Source: a virus. From it: a stretch of 64,000 nt of DNA. A model generated the notes under the pieces. That model saw only the letters and a program-made list of their open reading frames with translations, had not been told where the DNA came from and ran no database searches. Every line of letters begins with the position of its first letter. The first letter of the stretch is position 1. Shown here piece by piece: positions 36,889 to 46,841 of this stretch. Location of the stretch: positions 96,001 through 160,000 of the IMG/VR virus record IMGVR_UViG_3300013004_000026. One strand, given 5' to 3'. The translations under genes and the position numbers were made by a program.

Positions 36889-39189
36889 TTAAATTACACA
36901 GCTTTCGCAGTCTTCTTGTTCAATGGGAGCTAGTTGTTCTTCTTTTGCTGAAAGTTTATCTACATCAATTTCGCCTTGGCCATCGTAGGTATTAAAATAG
37001 TATAGTTGTTTACCGCCGTACTTGTAAAACTGTACCACATGGCGCAGCATGTCGCTCATGGGAATTTTTTCATCATCGTAGAATTGTGGATTGTAACTGG
37101 TGTTGACACTGATGCCTTGATCAATGTATTTTTGTAACACTGCGCAAATGTTCATGTAACCTTCGGGGCTACGCTGATTCCACAGCAGTTCGTACTTGTT
37201 TTTTAATCTACGGTACTCTGGCACCACTTGTTTGAGAACGCCATCTTTGCTTTGTTTCACGCTAACATAACTGCGTGGCGGCTCAATGCCATTTGTGGCA
37301 TTGCTGATTTGTGCGCTGGTTTCGGCTGGCATCAATGCCATTAGTGTGGCATTACGAATACCAGTGGCAAGAATCTGCTCTCGCAGACTCTGCCACGGCA
37401 TGCGCTCTTGGTGTGCTACCAGTTCATCTACTTCTTTCTTGCGTGTGTCAATTGGCAACACACCGTCAGCATATTTTAGATCTTGCCAACGAGTGCATGG
37501 ACCTTGTTCGGCTGCTAGATCAGCTGATGCCTTGATTAAATAATAACTCCATGCTTCTGCATATTCATCCACCAGAGGTAGTGCCTGGGGGTTTGAATAG
37601 CTGGAGTCATTCTTGGCCAGCCAATAGGCAAAGTTAATAATACCAATGCCTAGCGGACGAAATTCTTGGGTTGCCAGTTCTGCTGCTAGTACAGGATACT
37701 GCTGATAACTTAACAATGCATCTAAACCACGAACTGCTAACCGACACATCTTTTCGAAGTCATGTGGGCTTTTTACATTGCCCCAATTGATCGCTGATAG
37801 AGTACATAAAGCGATCCTACCATCTTCATCGTTGACATCGTTCAACGGTACAGTTGGCAAATCGATTTCACAACAAAGGTTACTCATCTTGATAGGAGCA
37901 CGGTCTGGCTTGAATGGACTATGCGTGTTAGCATGATCCACATTTTGTAGATACACACGACCAGTGTCCTTGCGTTCCTGCATGAATTTACTAAACAACT
38001 CCGCTGCTTTGATTTTTTTCTTTCTAATCTTAGTATTGCGTTCAGCGGTTTCGTACAGTTCTTTGAAATGATCAGCATCCGTAAAAAATGCATCGTACAT
38101 CTCTGGAACATCTTTTGGCGAAAACAATGTGATGTCTCCGCCTTGCAACAATCGCTCATACATCACACGATTGAACTGCACTCCGTAATCCATATGGCGC
38201 ACACGATTGTCTTCGGTGCCTTTGTTGTTTTTCAGCACCAGCATGTCTTCAATTTCTAAATGCCATATGGGATAATACAAGGTGGCTGCGCCATTGCGCA
38301 CGCCGCCCTGACTGCAACTGCGAGTGGCTGCCTGGAACAATTTGAAGAAAGGAATCACACCAGTGTGATATGCATCTCCATTACGAATAGGGCTTCCCAG
38401 CGCACGAATACGACCTGCACCAATTCCAATGCCGGCTTTTTGGCTCACATACTTTACCACGGCGCTGGTTGTGGCATTGATGCTGTCTAGGCTATCGCCT
38501 GACTCAATGAGCACACAACTGGAAAACTGTTTCTGCGGGGTGCGTACACCTGCCATCACAGGCGTAGGCAAACTGATGTCATGATTGGAAATAGCATCGT
38601 AATAATCTCTAACCCAGCGCAGTCGTGTTTCTCGAGAATATGTTTGAAACAGTGTGGCAGCAATCAGCAGATATGCCACCTGCGGTGTTTCAAAAATTTC
38701 CTTGGTCACACGATTCTGTACTAGATATTTGCCACGCCATTGTTCCATGGCAGCATAGGTAAAGTTTTCATCGCGCTTGTGATCCATGTAGCTGTTCAAA
38801 GTGTTCCACTCGTCTGCGGAATAAGCGGCGAGAAGACCTTTATCATAAAATCCCGCCTCCACATTTTTCTTCACCAAATCCAGCAGGGGCCATGGTTCAT
38901 AGTCTCCGTAGACTTGTTTACGCAAATGGTACACTATCAGCCTGCCAGCCACATATTGATAGTTTGGTGTGTCTTCAGTGATAAGATCAGCTGCTGCTTT
39001 GATAAGCGTTTCTTGAATCTCTGATGTTTTAATTCCGTTGAAAAACTGAATATGACTCTTAATTTCTACTTCACTGGCACTAACACCTGTTATGCCTTCT
39101 GTGGCCCAGAAAACCACCTGGTGTAGTTTTTCTAGATCCAATGGCATCTTGGCGCCGTTTCTTTTTGTAACTTGTATTTGTTGACTCAT
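36889..39189 (-). CDS. nrdA: ribonucleotide reductase class Ia alpha subunit
   Basis: ATP cone VTKRNG, PTPVMAG, SSCVLI, SNLCCEI, C-terminal CESC. Confidence 0.97.
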   Translation of the reverse strand: MSQQIQVTKRNGAKMPLDLEKLHQVVFWATEGITGVSASEVEIKSHIQFFNGIKTSEIQETLIKAAADLITEDTPNYQYVAGRLIVYHLRKQVYGDYEPWPLLDLVKKNVEAGFYDKGLLAAYSADEWNTLNSYMDHKRDENFTYAAMEQWRGKYLVQNRVTKEIFETPQVAYLLIAATLFQTYSRETRLRWVRDYYDAISNHDISLPTPVMAGVRTPQKQFSSCVLIESGDSLDSINATTSAVVKYVSQKAGIGIGAGRIRALGSPIRNGDAYHTGVIPFFKLFQAATRSCSQGGVRNGAATLYYPIWHLEIEDMLVLKNNKGTEDNRVRHMDYGVQFNRVMYERLLQGGDITLFSPKDVPEMYDAFFTDADHFKELYETAERNTKIRKKKIKAAELFSKFMQERKDTGRVYLQNVDHANTHSPFKPDRAPIKMSNLCCEIDLPTVPLNDVNDEDGRIALCTLSAINWGNVKSPHDFEKMCRLAVRGLDALLSYQQYPVLAAELATQEFRPLGIGIINFAYWLAKNDSSYSNPQALPLVDEYAEAWSYYLIKASADLAAEQGPCTRWQDLKYADGVLPIDTRKKEVDELVAHQERMPWQSLREQILATGIRNATLMALMPAETSAQISNATNGIEPPRSYVSVKQSKDGVLKQVVPEYRRLKNKYELLWNQRSPEGYMNICAVLQKYIDQGISVNTSYNPQFYDDEKIPMSDMLRHVVQFYKYGGKQLYYFNTYDGQGEIDVDKLSAKEEQLAPIEQEDCESCVI

Positions 39190-39203
39190 TGATTCCTCTG
39201 ACT

Positions 39204-39650
39204 TCAATAACGATCCAGCCCTAAATCAGCACTGGAATATTTGATAATTTGTACTAAGCTCTCTGGTATTGATTTTTTATTTACAACCTCGCTGGATTCT
39301 AAATTAAGAACATATTTCCCATTGTTAATCCAAACTAAATTAAACTGGTGAAGTGTTCCGTGCTGACGATACACACGCACTTCTAAATCACAATTTTTAT
39401 GATCACTTAGATGTAGAGTGTACACTATTGCTAGAGCTTTTGCAAGATCGCAGTAGTAATTCTCGGCAATTAAAGTCCACGGATCTGGCCAAGTATCTGG
39501 CCTGTCGTACTCAAGGTAAAAAGGAGTAAAGGGTGCTCTACTCCAGAATCTGGCCACATGTTCCAGCGCAGATTCAATGGACATTGAATCTATTTCTTTA
39601 CGAAATCTTTTCCAATAGTCCAACCGTTCAGCTGGAGATAGTTTCCACAT
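39204..39650 (-). CDS. hypothetical protein (possibly transglutaminase-like fold)
   Basis: WPDPW.LI..NYYCDLAKA...YVLN pattern. Confidence 0.55.
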   Translation of the reverse strand: MWKLSPAERLDYWKRFRKEIDSMSIESALEHVARFWSRAPFTPFYLEYDRPDTWPDPWTLIAENYYCDLAKALAIVYTLHLSDHKNCDLEVRVYRQHGTLHQFNLVWINNGKYVLNLESSEVVNKKSIPESLVQIIKYSSADLGLDRY

Positions 39651-39664
39651 GAACTTACTTATGT

Positions 39665-41281
39665 TTAGACAAACTTGGTTATTGAATATGTCAAGGTGCC
39701 AGAGCCGCTGCCGTCACTGGTGTATGCCAAGTTTGCCTGCGTGGCACTGATACTCATGACCTTGAAAGTTACTCCAGTAGGGCCCGGATACGAAAAATTA
39801 CCCGCATCAGGATACTCAACATATTCGTCCATGTATTGCACATTGGTTCCTGCATGCACAATGTCAATTTTGCCATGTCTATATGCACTGGCGCTGGGTC
39901 TCTGCAACCAATAGTGTACTGTGGCAGCACCATTGGTTCCGTCAAATACAATACCTGTGTTTGCATTAGTTTGACTTGCACTAATGGTCAGCACTCGTCC
40001 AGGTGCTTGATTGACCTTGCCGAGACTTATACCGGTGTTGGCATCAAAACTCATGCTCACACTAGCTGCTGGTGTGCTTACCCGTGGTTGTACTGCATGA
40101 TCTTTTTCGTCGCGAACAAAAACATCGCCTATGCTGTGATTGCCACTGCCACCAAATGTCACCACTGGGTATGCGGCAGATCCTATGCCTGCATAGGCTG
40201 TGCCAACATCATCATAAAAGTTCATGCTGCTGATTACAGAAGTGTAAATGTTTGTATTAGCTGCTTGAACATTAATGGCTGATCTAGCAATGTCGTCAAA
40301 GGTACTGTTTATTACTTTGATATTTTTTGTTTCAACCACCGTGGCTGTGGTGTCAATTACCACTGCCTGACTTAACTGTTTGAAACCGCAGCCAATGAAT
40401 CTAATGTCTGTTCCATTAAGCACTGCACCTTGAGTGCAGTTGTTGAAATCACATTCAACAAAACTTACATTTCGTATAAAGCCAGAATTGCTCAATGGTC
40501 TTGCATAAACAGCATTCTGTAATGCAACATTGGCACTGTTGGGGCTGCTTTGACTGCCTTTGAACACCACTCGTATAAATTCAACTCGCTCAGTGGTATC
40601 TAGTCTTACAATATCTTGATTGACAAGATGTTCAAGAGTCATGTTTTCAATGTAAATATCTCGGGCCACTGTTGCACTACCAGTGCCGTAGTTTGCATCA
40701 ATTTTGTTTTCGCTGTCTTTAAGTTGAACCAATGGATAAAGATTTGAACTCTGTCTAATTATGGTTCTTCCTTTGCCCTCGCCTTGCAAGATAGCAAAGC
40801 TGGGCAATTTTAGGCTGGCGGTAATTAGATACACACCAGCCGGGAAATGAATAATTCTACGCAGTCTTGGTGTAGTCAGTGAGAAGTTACCAAAATACAC
40901 TTCGTCAATGGCTCGTTGTATAGCTGCGGTATCATTGGTGTTACCGTCGCCCACAACACCGAAGTCGCGTACATTTACATAATCATCAACTTTTTGCTGT
41001 AGCGTACGAGTGATCGGTTGATCTGTGGTAGGACCAGTTCGACTGGTGTAACCAGACTGACTGCCTCTAAATGTATAGGCATCACTGATGTTCAACAGAT
41101 CTGAATACTGTGTGAGAATTTCTGTCACACCAGTCTCTGGTGCACCTTCAGCAATGGTTCCATTGCCAATGTACAGCTGGCGTGTGTCAACAGCCCATCC
41201 TAACTCTGCGCTGGCCAGCTGTGGTAAATCCTGTTGCAGCCCTTTACGGTGCTGAATTCTTGATATCTGAATAACGGCCAT
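39665..41281 (-). CDS. tail spike/fibre protein with pectate-lyase-like beta-helix
   Basis: N-terminal RIQHRKG..LPQLA.AELGW..D...LYIGNG; VNVRDFGVVGDG.TNDTAAIQRAI; FPAGVYLI. Confidence 0.85.
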   Translation of the reverse strand: MAVIQISRIQHRKGLQQDLPQLASAELGWAVDTRQLYIGNGTIAEGAPETGVTEILTQYSDLLNISDAYTFRGSQSGYTSRTGPTTDQPITRTLQQKVDDYVNVRDFGVVGDGNTNDTAAIQRAIDEVYFGNFSLTTPRLRRIIHFPAGVYLITASLKLPSFAILQGEGKGRTIIRQSSNLYPLVQLKDSENKIDANYGTGSATVARDIYIENMTLEHLVNQDIVRLDTTERVEFIRVVFKGSQSSPNSANVALQNAVYARPLSNSGFIRNVSFVECDFNNCTQGAVLNGTDIRFIGCGFKQLSQAVVIDTTATVVETKNIKVINSTFDDIARSAINVQAANTNIYTSVISSMNFYDDVGTAYAGIGSAAYPVVTFGGSGNHSIGDVFVRDEKDHAVQPRVSTPAASVSMSFDANTGISLGKVNQAPGRVLTISASQTNANTGIVFDGTNGAATVHYWLQRPSASAYRHGKIDIVHAGTNVQYMDEYVEYPDAGNFSYPGPTGVTFKVMSISATQANLAYTSDGSGSGTLTYSITKFV

Positions 41282-41307
41282 TTGCTAAAAACCCCTGTAT
41301 GGAGTAT

Positions 41308-42018
41308 TTAGCTCATCAGGTAGTATAGCTCAACTCGCTTGAGCCACTCTTCCTTCCAGTGTGCAAATTCAGTGCTTTCGATGGTAAATTCCTGGTATTC
41401 TGGGGTACTGTAGGTGCCATCTTCTAGCAGTTTTGGCTGTGCGCACATCAATATCACGCCATCCTGTATGTTGGTACCGTGTGTTTCATTGTGTGCTTCT
41501 GCATAGGCTGCAAGCTGTAAAAAATAATCTCCAACCCATTCGCGTTTTTTAGGCCGGTTGGTCTGCTTGAAATCCATAATTGCAGGACGACCCTTCCACA
41601 CACCCACACAGTCTGTGGTACCCGCATATAACCCACTATAATAAACAGGCACTTCTGACCCCCAGAATTCATCCACATGACACAGGCCTTTGAGGATAAC
41701 TTCTGCTGCCATGAACCAACTGGGGTGTGCATAAGGATTGGTAGGCAAGGGTTTCATGTCATCCTGCAGGATAAATGATTCCAAATAAGCATGCATACGA
41801 GTACCGCGATTGGCTGCTTCTGTGGTAATGGCTTGAGCACGTTCCACCCCCACACGGTTACGCCATTCCTGAAGTTTCTGCTTGGCTTCCTCTGGCTTGG
41901 TGCGATCTAGAATAGTAGTAACACTGGGTACTTTGCTGCCATCAGGCAAGCAATAGTGTCTCTTGCCATCCACAGTTGTTCTGTTGATTGGCGTGTAGTC
42001 ATATCGTTGAATTATCAT
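41308..42018 (-). CDS. PD-(D/E)xK exonuclease
   Basis: PSVTTIL, RGTRMH, E...AGTTD...IMDFKQ, QLAAY. Confidence 0.9.
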   Translation of the reverse strand: MIIQRYDYTPINRTTVDGKRHYCLPDGSKVPSVTTILDRTKPEEAKQKLQEWRNRVGVERAQAITTEAANRGTRMHAYLESFILQDDMKPLPTNPYAHPSWFMAAEVILKGLCHVDEFWGSEVPVYYSGLYAGTTDCVGVWKGRPAIMDFKQTNRPKKREWVGDYFLQLAAYAEAHNETHGTNIQDGVILMCAQPKLLEDGTYSTPEYQEFTIESTEFAHWKEEWLKRVELYYLMS

Positions 42019-42345
42019 TTATATTCGAAAACTTTCCCCGCATCCGCATTCGCCTTTGGAATTTGGATTGCGAAACTCGAACCCTTCATTGAGTCCTTGT
42101 CTTACATAGTCTACTTCTAGTCCACTGATGTACACATGGTCTTGACCATTTACCCATACCGTGGCACCATTGCTTTCATACTGGAACCAGTCACGAGTAA
42201 CAGGCGCAGTGTCCATGTATTCTAACACATAAGCCAGGCCCGAGCAACCAGTGGTTTTTACACCAATGCGTATGCCCACTCCATGTCCTCGGCGTTCAAT
42301 ATGTGCAATAACTTTTTTAGCAGCTTGTTCAGTCAGTGTTATCAT
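42019..42345 (-). CDS. iscA: Fe-S cluster assembly A-type carrier IscA
   Basis: GCSGLAY, GFEFRNPN, CGCGESF. Confidence 0.95.
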   Translation of the reverse strand: MITLTEQAAKKVIAHIERRGHGVGIRIGVKTTGCSGLAYVLEYMDTAPVTRDWFQYESNGATVWVNGQDHVYISGLEVDYVRQGLNEGFEFRNPNSKGECGCGESFRI

Positions 42346-42806
42346 GTGTGCCAGATCTCATCAAAACCTTCTTGTTCAGTGGGTTCTTCCCAGTCGCCCA
42401 GCATTTTTTCCAGCACTGAGTCAGGAATCTCTTTACCTGGTCTGCTGTCAAGGCGGCGTCGTAATTCCATTGGCTCCGGGGTAGGAAAAACTACAGCCAC
42501 CATCTTGTAGTCAGGCAGCATGCGAAACTTTCTAGCACGGCTGGCTGTGGTAGTAGAAGTTTGATCCCAGATGATATCTTTTTCTTGTTCTCTAGCATCA
42601 ATCACCTGAGCAGCCATGATGTTCACAGCCTTGGGCATGTACTCGTCAAATATTTCAGTATAAGTTTTTCCCTGGCGGTCAGCTTCAATTTGCACCCAAA
42701 CATCTGTTGACGCATAGGTACAATCTTTTGCCCAGTCTTGATTAGACACCCAGGTGCTTTTGCCCGAGCCAGGTACGCCTACTAGGATATATGCTGTTGG
42801 CATCAA
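42342..42806 (-). CDS. P-loop kinase (AAA_33; polynucleotide-kinase-like)
   Basis: GVPGSGKSTW, STD, IIWDQT, R...R. Confidence 0.85.
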   Translation of the reverse strand: MMPTAYILVGVPGSGKSTWVSNQDWAKDCTYASTDVWVQIEADRQGKTYTEIFDEYMPKAVNIMAAQVIDAREQEKDIIWDQTSTTTASRARKFRMLPDYKMVAVVFPTPEPMELRRRLDSRPGKEIPDSVLEKMLGDWEEPTEQEGFDEIWHT

Positions 42807-43174
42807 TGTTTGCTCTTGTAGTCAATTATGGCTGCTTGAATCGCGTCTTCAGCAAGAATTGAGCAATGTATTTTAACTGGGGGGAGTGCAAGATGTTCGG
42901 CGATCTCAGAATTCTTAATAGATCCTGCTTCTGCCAGCGTCTTACCTTTGACCCACTCCGTAACGAGTGATGAACTTGCAATGGCTGAGCCGCAGCCATA
43001 AGTCTTGAATTTTGCGTCCGTGATAATGCCATCTTGCACCTTGATTTGTAGTTTCATTACATCACCACATGCAGGTGCTCCCACCATGCCTGTGCCTACT
43101 GTGTCGTCAATTTCTAATTTTCCTACGTTACGGGGGTTTTCGTAGTGATCTATAACTTTGTCTGAATATGCCAT
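42803..43174 (-). CDS. iscU: Fe-S scaffold IscU
   Basis: MAYSDKVIDHYENPRNVG, APACGD, GCGSAIAS, LPPVKIHC. Confidence 0.97.
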   Translation of the reverse strand: MAYSDKVIDHYENPRNVGKLEIDDTVGTGMVGAPACGDVMKLQIKVQDGIITDAKFKTYGCGSAIASSSLVTEWVKGKTLAEAGSIKNSEIAEHLALPPVKIHCSILAEDAIQAAIIDYKSKH

Positions 43175-43175
43175 T

Positions 43176-43637
43176 TTATTGTGTGTTAGATGTATCGTAG
43201 GTCTTGGCAAAGATATCTGCTTTGACAGCACCATAATCACCAGGTCCATGTTTGACAATGTAGTCATTGCCTGTGGTGTAGTTTAGATTGCCCCAGCTGG
43301 TATGTAGTACACCGTCATGGTCAGCAAGTTTTGCTACCTTGAGTATTTTCTTAGGTGTGCATTCACCGTCACCGAGATCGTCTTTGTATTCACGGAACTT
43401 TTCTGGTGTGATAGGATACTGTTCGCCTTTGGGGCCTGTCATGATATAATGACCCGTATCGTAGCTAACAGGACCTTCTAGTGTTTCCACTGTGCCAGGG
43501 GCTTGTGCTATTTGGTATTTTTCAACAGCAGGCTTTTTGAATGTTTCAAATGATCCTTTTTCAAACCAAGCATCATTGATTGCTGTTTCGGCTTCAACTA
43601 TCATATTACTGTACTTTCGAAAAAATATTGAGTCCAT
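43176..43637 (-). CDS. PGDYG-family protein
   Basis: TLEG, GPKGEQYP, PGDYG.V..DIF..TY. Confidence 0.8.
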   Translation of the reverse strand: MDSIFFRKYSNMIVEAETAINDAWFEKGSFETFKKPAVEKYQIAQAPGTVETLEGPVSYDTGHYIMTGPKGEQYPITPEKFREYKDDLGDGECTPKKILKVAKLADHDGVLHTSWGNLNYTTGNDYIVKHGPGDYGAVKADIFAKTYDTSNTQ

Positions 43638-43655
43638 GTAAAAAACCCTACTGTT

Positions 43656-43684
43656 ATTGTAAGGTATTTATTTGGCTATGTCAA
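43656..43684 (-). promoter_or_regulatory. sigma70-type promoter TTGACA-17-TACAAT with a TAAATA box in its spacer
   Basis: Nested early and late promoter elements. Confidence 0.7.
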
Positions 43685-43689
43685 GGATT

Positions 43690-44070
43690 TTAACTTCTAT
43701 TAGAAGCAGCTCGTTTGGCCATTGCGTCAACAACTTTGGTAGGATCTTTGGCGTTGCCACTGTTCCCGGTGTCTTGCTCGCTCTCTGGGCTGGTACCGGG
43801 CTCATCTCCAAAGGGCTTGAAGCTGATGTTTTTTTCGTCTAGATTGGTAATGAGATTTTTGAATGCTGGCTTGCTCATCATGTTTTGCAGCAATTGGTAA
43901 TTTAACACACGGCTGCCTGCCATGTTGTTTACCATGTTAATAAACCCCGCGGTGCTGTGCGGGGTTGTTAACTTTTTGTTATGGTCTCGGTTACGCAAAA
44001 ACTCCAGCGTGGTCAATATCTGCGCAGTGAGTTGATCCGAGTCCTCACTCAAGAACTCGTGTATGCGCAT
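43690..44070 (-). CDS. hypothetical protein, probable head-internal protein
   Basis: N-terminus MRIHEFLSE. Confidence 0.65.
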   Translation of the reverse strand: MRIHEFLSEDSDQLTAQILTTLEFLRNRDHNKKLTTPHSTAGFINMVNNMAGSRVLNYQLLQNMMSKPAFKNLITNLDEKNISFKPFGDEPGTSPESEQDTGNSGNAKDPTKVVDAMAKRAASNRS

Positions 44071-44072
44071 GA

Positions 44073-44765
44073 TTATCTCTTGCCGCGACCAAGTGTTTCG
44101 CCGCCGCCGGCAGCAGCATCGGTTGCAGCAAATTCATCTGGTGCTTCAATATCGCTGGCCATGTCTGGTGCAGGAGGAGCTTCCATGCCAGGCATACCTG
44201 GAGTTCCCATGTCACCACCTGGCATGCCCATTGGGGCAGCTACCTGTTCACCAGCCAGTGTTCTAGCAGCACCGTCAGATGCTTCGCGAGCACCTTGCAG
44301 TGCTGTTACCAACTCTTGCAGGATAGGAGTCACTGTGCCTTTGAAAGCATCAGCTTGTGGTTGACCAATTTGGTCACGAATGGTGTCCAGCAGTGCAGGT
44401 AACTGTTCGTTTTGCATTTTGCTGATGTCTTCTAGCATGTCCTGGAAGCTGTCTACGATGTCCTTGGCAGCCAGAATTGCACCGCTTTTGGCAATTTCGC
44501 TTTCTGTGAGTGGACGATTTTCGTCAATCCAACGATTGAGTCCTTCGCGCACCATGAGCATTTCCATGTACTTTGGATTCTTTTCTGCTGTGTGAACGCC
44601 AAAATTATACTTTAGACGGTTTAGGTTTTCTGTCAAACTGACGCTGAGCTCTCGAGCTTTGCGTAAATTCAGCTTGCTGTAATCAATGCGAAAACCAAAG
44701 CGATTTTCGTTGATTCTGTTAATCTTAAGAGATGAAGGTTTAGTTGCGAGTTCTTGCAGTTTCAT
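44073..44765 (-). CDS. hypothetical protein, probable prohead core/virion protein
   Basis: MKLQEL start, LTES site, TAAATA upstream. Confidence 0.6.
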   Translation of the reverse strand: MKLQELATKPSSLKINRINENRFGFRIDYSKLNLRKARELSVSLTENLNRLKYNFGVHTAEKNPKYMEMLMVREGLNRWIDENRPLTESEIAKSGAILAAKDIVDSFQDMLEDISKMQNEQLPALLDTIRDQIGQPQADAFKGTVTPILQELVTALQGAREASDGAARTLAGEQVAAPMGMPGGDMGTPGMPGMEAPPAPDMASDIEAPDEFAATDAAAGGGETLGRGKR

Positions 44766-45261
44766 GGTTTTTAGTTTCCCATACTTTAGAGTATTTAGCA
44801 CTGTAGATTGTTTTTTGCATATTAGTTTTTAGATTTTCCAACCTTGGACGACTAATACTTAGCCTAGCTAAAAATAGGTCTTGTTTGAAAGCGTCATGAC
44901 TACGCACTGCCTGTGCTAGTCCGTGTGTGTAATCTGTTACTTCTTGCAACATTTTTGTGAGAGCTACATCCATATGCACAAATTCTTGCGCTTTATGATA
45001 CATGTTGCGGCTTTCGTACAAGCAAAACAACACAGCAGCAGGGGCTACAGAAAATGTGTGCAGCGTGATACCGTACTGATTTTTTACAATCCAGACACCG
45101 TGCTGTTTCTTGAGTACAAATTTACCAACACGATACAGATGTTTACCAACATCTACACATACGAATTCACGGCTGTCTACTAGAGCTTGTAGTTCTTTTT
45201 GGGTCCAACGGTCCAACATTCTTGCGGCTACTTCTGTTATTACTTCAGCAGTTGCAGTCAT
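44740..45261 (-). CDS. hypothetical protein
   Basis: ORF in operon. Confidence 0.55.
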   Translation of the reverse strand: MTATAEVITEVAARMLDRWTQKELQALVDSREFVCVDVGKHLYRVGKFVLKKQHGVWIVKNQYGITLHTFSVAPAAVLFCLYESRNMYHKAQEFVHMDVALTKMLQEVTDYTHGLAQAVRSHDAFKQDLFLARLSISRPRLENLKTNMQKTIYSAKYSKVWETKNHETARTRN

Positions 45262-45271
45262 AGTGACTTGT

Positions 45272-45499
45272 TTAGACAAACGTTGATTGTTCTGGGATTT
45301 TTTTGTAATAGGTAACTTGCCCATTTTGATTTTTCCTGTACAGCACATCCTTGACCACTAGGTTATTGGCCAGCACAATCTCGCGTTCGTTGAGATCCTG
45401 CCTGGACACGCTGCTGTTATCGTAGAATTTAGAAAGGAGGTCAGCTTCCTCATTTGTTACGGGCATGGACACGCCCTGTACGACCTCAATAATTTTCAT
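45272..45499 (-). CDS. small hypothetical protein
   Basis: MKIIE...TNEEADLL...LVVKDVL. Confidence 0.65.
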   Translation of the reverse strand: MKIIEVVQGVSMPVTNEEADLLSKFYDNSSVSRQDLNEREIVLANNLVVKDVLYRKNQNGQVTYYKKIPEQSTFV

Positions 45500-45753
45500 T
45501 TGTTTATAAAATGCACTAGCACGGTTATAAGCCCAGTTATTAAAACACTGATCACAGCGGTGCCAATGGCTATCAATTGTTTGCTCTGGCGATCACCTGC
45601 GCCAGCCAAGGTTTGCTTGATATCAATGATATGAGTTTCAAGCTGTTCGACCTTTCTTTCCACGGTCTCTAGTTTGGTTTCCAACTTTTCATACCTTTCC
45701 GCACACAGCTCGACGTGGGCTTCAAGGTTGGTTTTTTCAATATTTGTCGACAC
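45496..45753 (-). CDS. coiled-coil plus C-terminal TM protein (holin/XhlA-like?)
   Basis: LEAHVELCAERY, heptads, single C-terminal TM; GTG start with SD GGAG. Confidence 0.65.
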   Translation of the reverse strand: MSTNIEKTNLEAHVELCAERYEKLETKLETVERKVEQLETHIIDIKQTLAGAGDRQSKQLIAIGTAVISVLITGLITVLVHFINK

Positions 45754-45838
45754 CGACTTGCTCCGTATGGTTAACGATGCTGTTGTTGAGCCTTGATATG
45801 AGCCTTAATAAATTGCCTGTAATTGCCAAAACATCAGG

Positions 45839-46276
45839 TTATGTATTTACACCAAATGACGCAGTCTTAAAATATATGTTTTTAATGGCGCCGTGAGTGT
45901 AAAACACAGGCAACATGAAACGAGCAGTTTCGCTGAGATAGGTAATCACTGGAACTTGATCAAAATCTAAGTGCAGTAGATGTGCAGGATCAACAGCATC
46001 ACCGAACACACCTGCGTGATCCACGGTGAAAGCAAAGCTCCATACACGGTGTGTGCCAGAGTAAAACTCTCCAAATTCATATGCGTTTAATTCTACTTCG
46101 TCAACTCGCCAACTGGTTTCCAGAGGCTGAGTGCGGATACCTATGCACTGTAACACTGTTTCCCAGTTGCGCTGTTGATTGCGCGGCAGATCATGTTCAA
46201 CTTCCGTGTGTACCACTCCTGTTGGAGTGATATCAACAAGAGTATAACCAATGAATGTTTTGTCGGGCGAGTACAT
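45839..46276 (-). CDS. hypothetical protein
   Basis: TLVDIT.TG...RNQQRNWET..Q. Confidence 0.65.
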   Translation of the reverse strand: MYSPDKTFIGYTLVDITPTGVVHTEVEHDLPRNQQRNWETVLQCIGIRTQPLETSWRVDEVELNAYEFGEFYSGTHRVWSFAFTVDHAGVFGDAVDPAHLLHLDFDQVPVITYLSETARFMLPVFYTHGAIKNIYFKTASFGVNT

Positions 46277-46295
46277 GATGCAAATATTTAGTCAC

Positions 46296-46320
46296 AAAAA
46301 AAGCACCTTGCGGTGCTTTT
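46296..46320 (-). terminator. intrinsic terminator
   Basis: AAAAGCACC-GCAA-GGTGCTTTTTTT on the minus strand. Confidence 0.88.
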
Positions 46321-46339
46321 CTTGTCACGGTGAATGTGA

Positions 46340-46783
46340 TTATGGACGACGATAAGCAAAGTGTGTGTCAACAACTTCTGCGTTGGTTGCTGTAACTGCG
46401 CCTACGCTACCAATGTTACCAAGGGTACGAATAACAGTTTGCAATGCCGCATTGCTGGTCCAACCTGAACGCTCTACTAGAACTGTCATGCTAGCACCTA
46501 AAGCGCCGGCTGCTGTGCCAGTATTAGCTGGGTTCACTTGATATGCAAGAACAGAAGCATTGCTTGAAATTGTTTTCAACAATGTATCAACTGCGCCTGG
46601 TACGCCTGAACCGTTTGGTCCACCTAGCTCTGCTGCCAAGTTACCTACGATTTCAATATTGTAAACATTCAAAGGACCAGCAACACCTGTGCTGATAATT
46701 TTACTGTTTGCATTTCTTGTGGTGTCTCCACCAACGTTTTGCACGTTTTGTGCATCACCATTTACTCTATTAAATACAGCCAT
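46340..46783 (-). CDS. probable abundant virion structural protein
   Basis: Ala/Gly/Asn/Thr-rich; own TAAATA box, strong SD and terminator. Confidence 0.6.
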   Translation of the reverse strand: MAVFNRVNGDAQNVQNVGGDTTRNANSKIISTGVAGPLNVYNIEIVGNLAAELGGPNGSGVPGAVDTLLKTISSNASVLAYQVNPANTGTAAGALGASMTVLVERSGWTSNAALQTVIRTLGNIGSVGAVTATNAEVVDTHFAYRRP

Positions 46784-46841
46784 TTTATTTCTCCTAATTT
46801 TAATGAGCGCAGTGCGCTACATGCAAATATTTATGATCTTG

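Noticed and set aside
35754-39207. Introns or inteins in nrdA/nrdB (also checked the helicases)
   Set aside because: The ORFs are uninterrupted and of ordinary length.
39665-41281. Diversity-generating retroelement target (Mtd-like N-terminus)
   Set aside because: No reverse transcriptase or template/variable repeat pair is visible in the window.
41308-42018. Cas4 / CRISPR adaptation gene
   Set aside because: It lacks the four-Cys Fe-S pattern and any cas context; it fits a common phage PD-(D/E)xK exonuclease.
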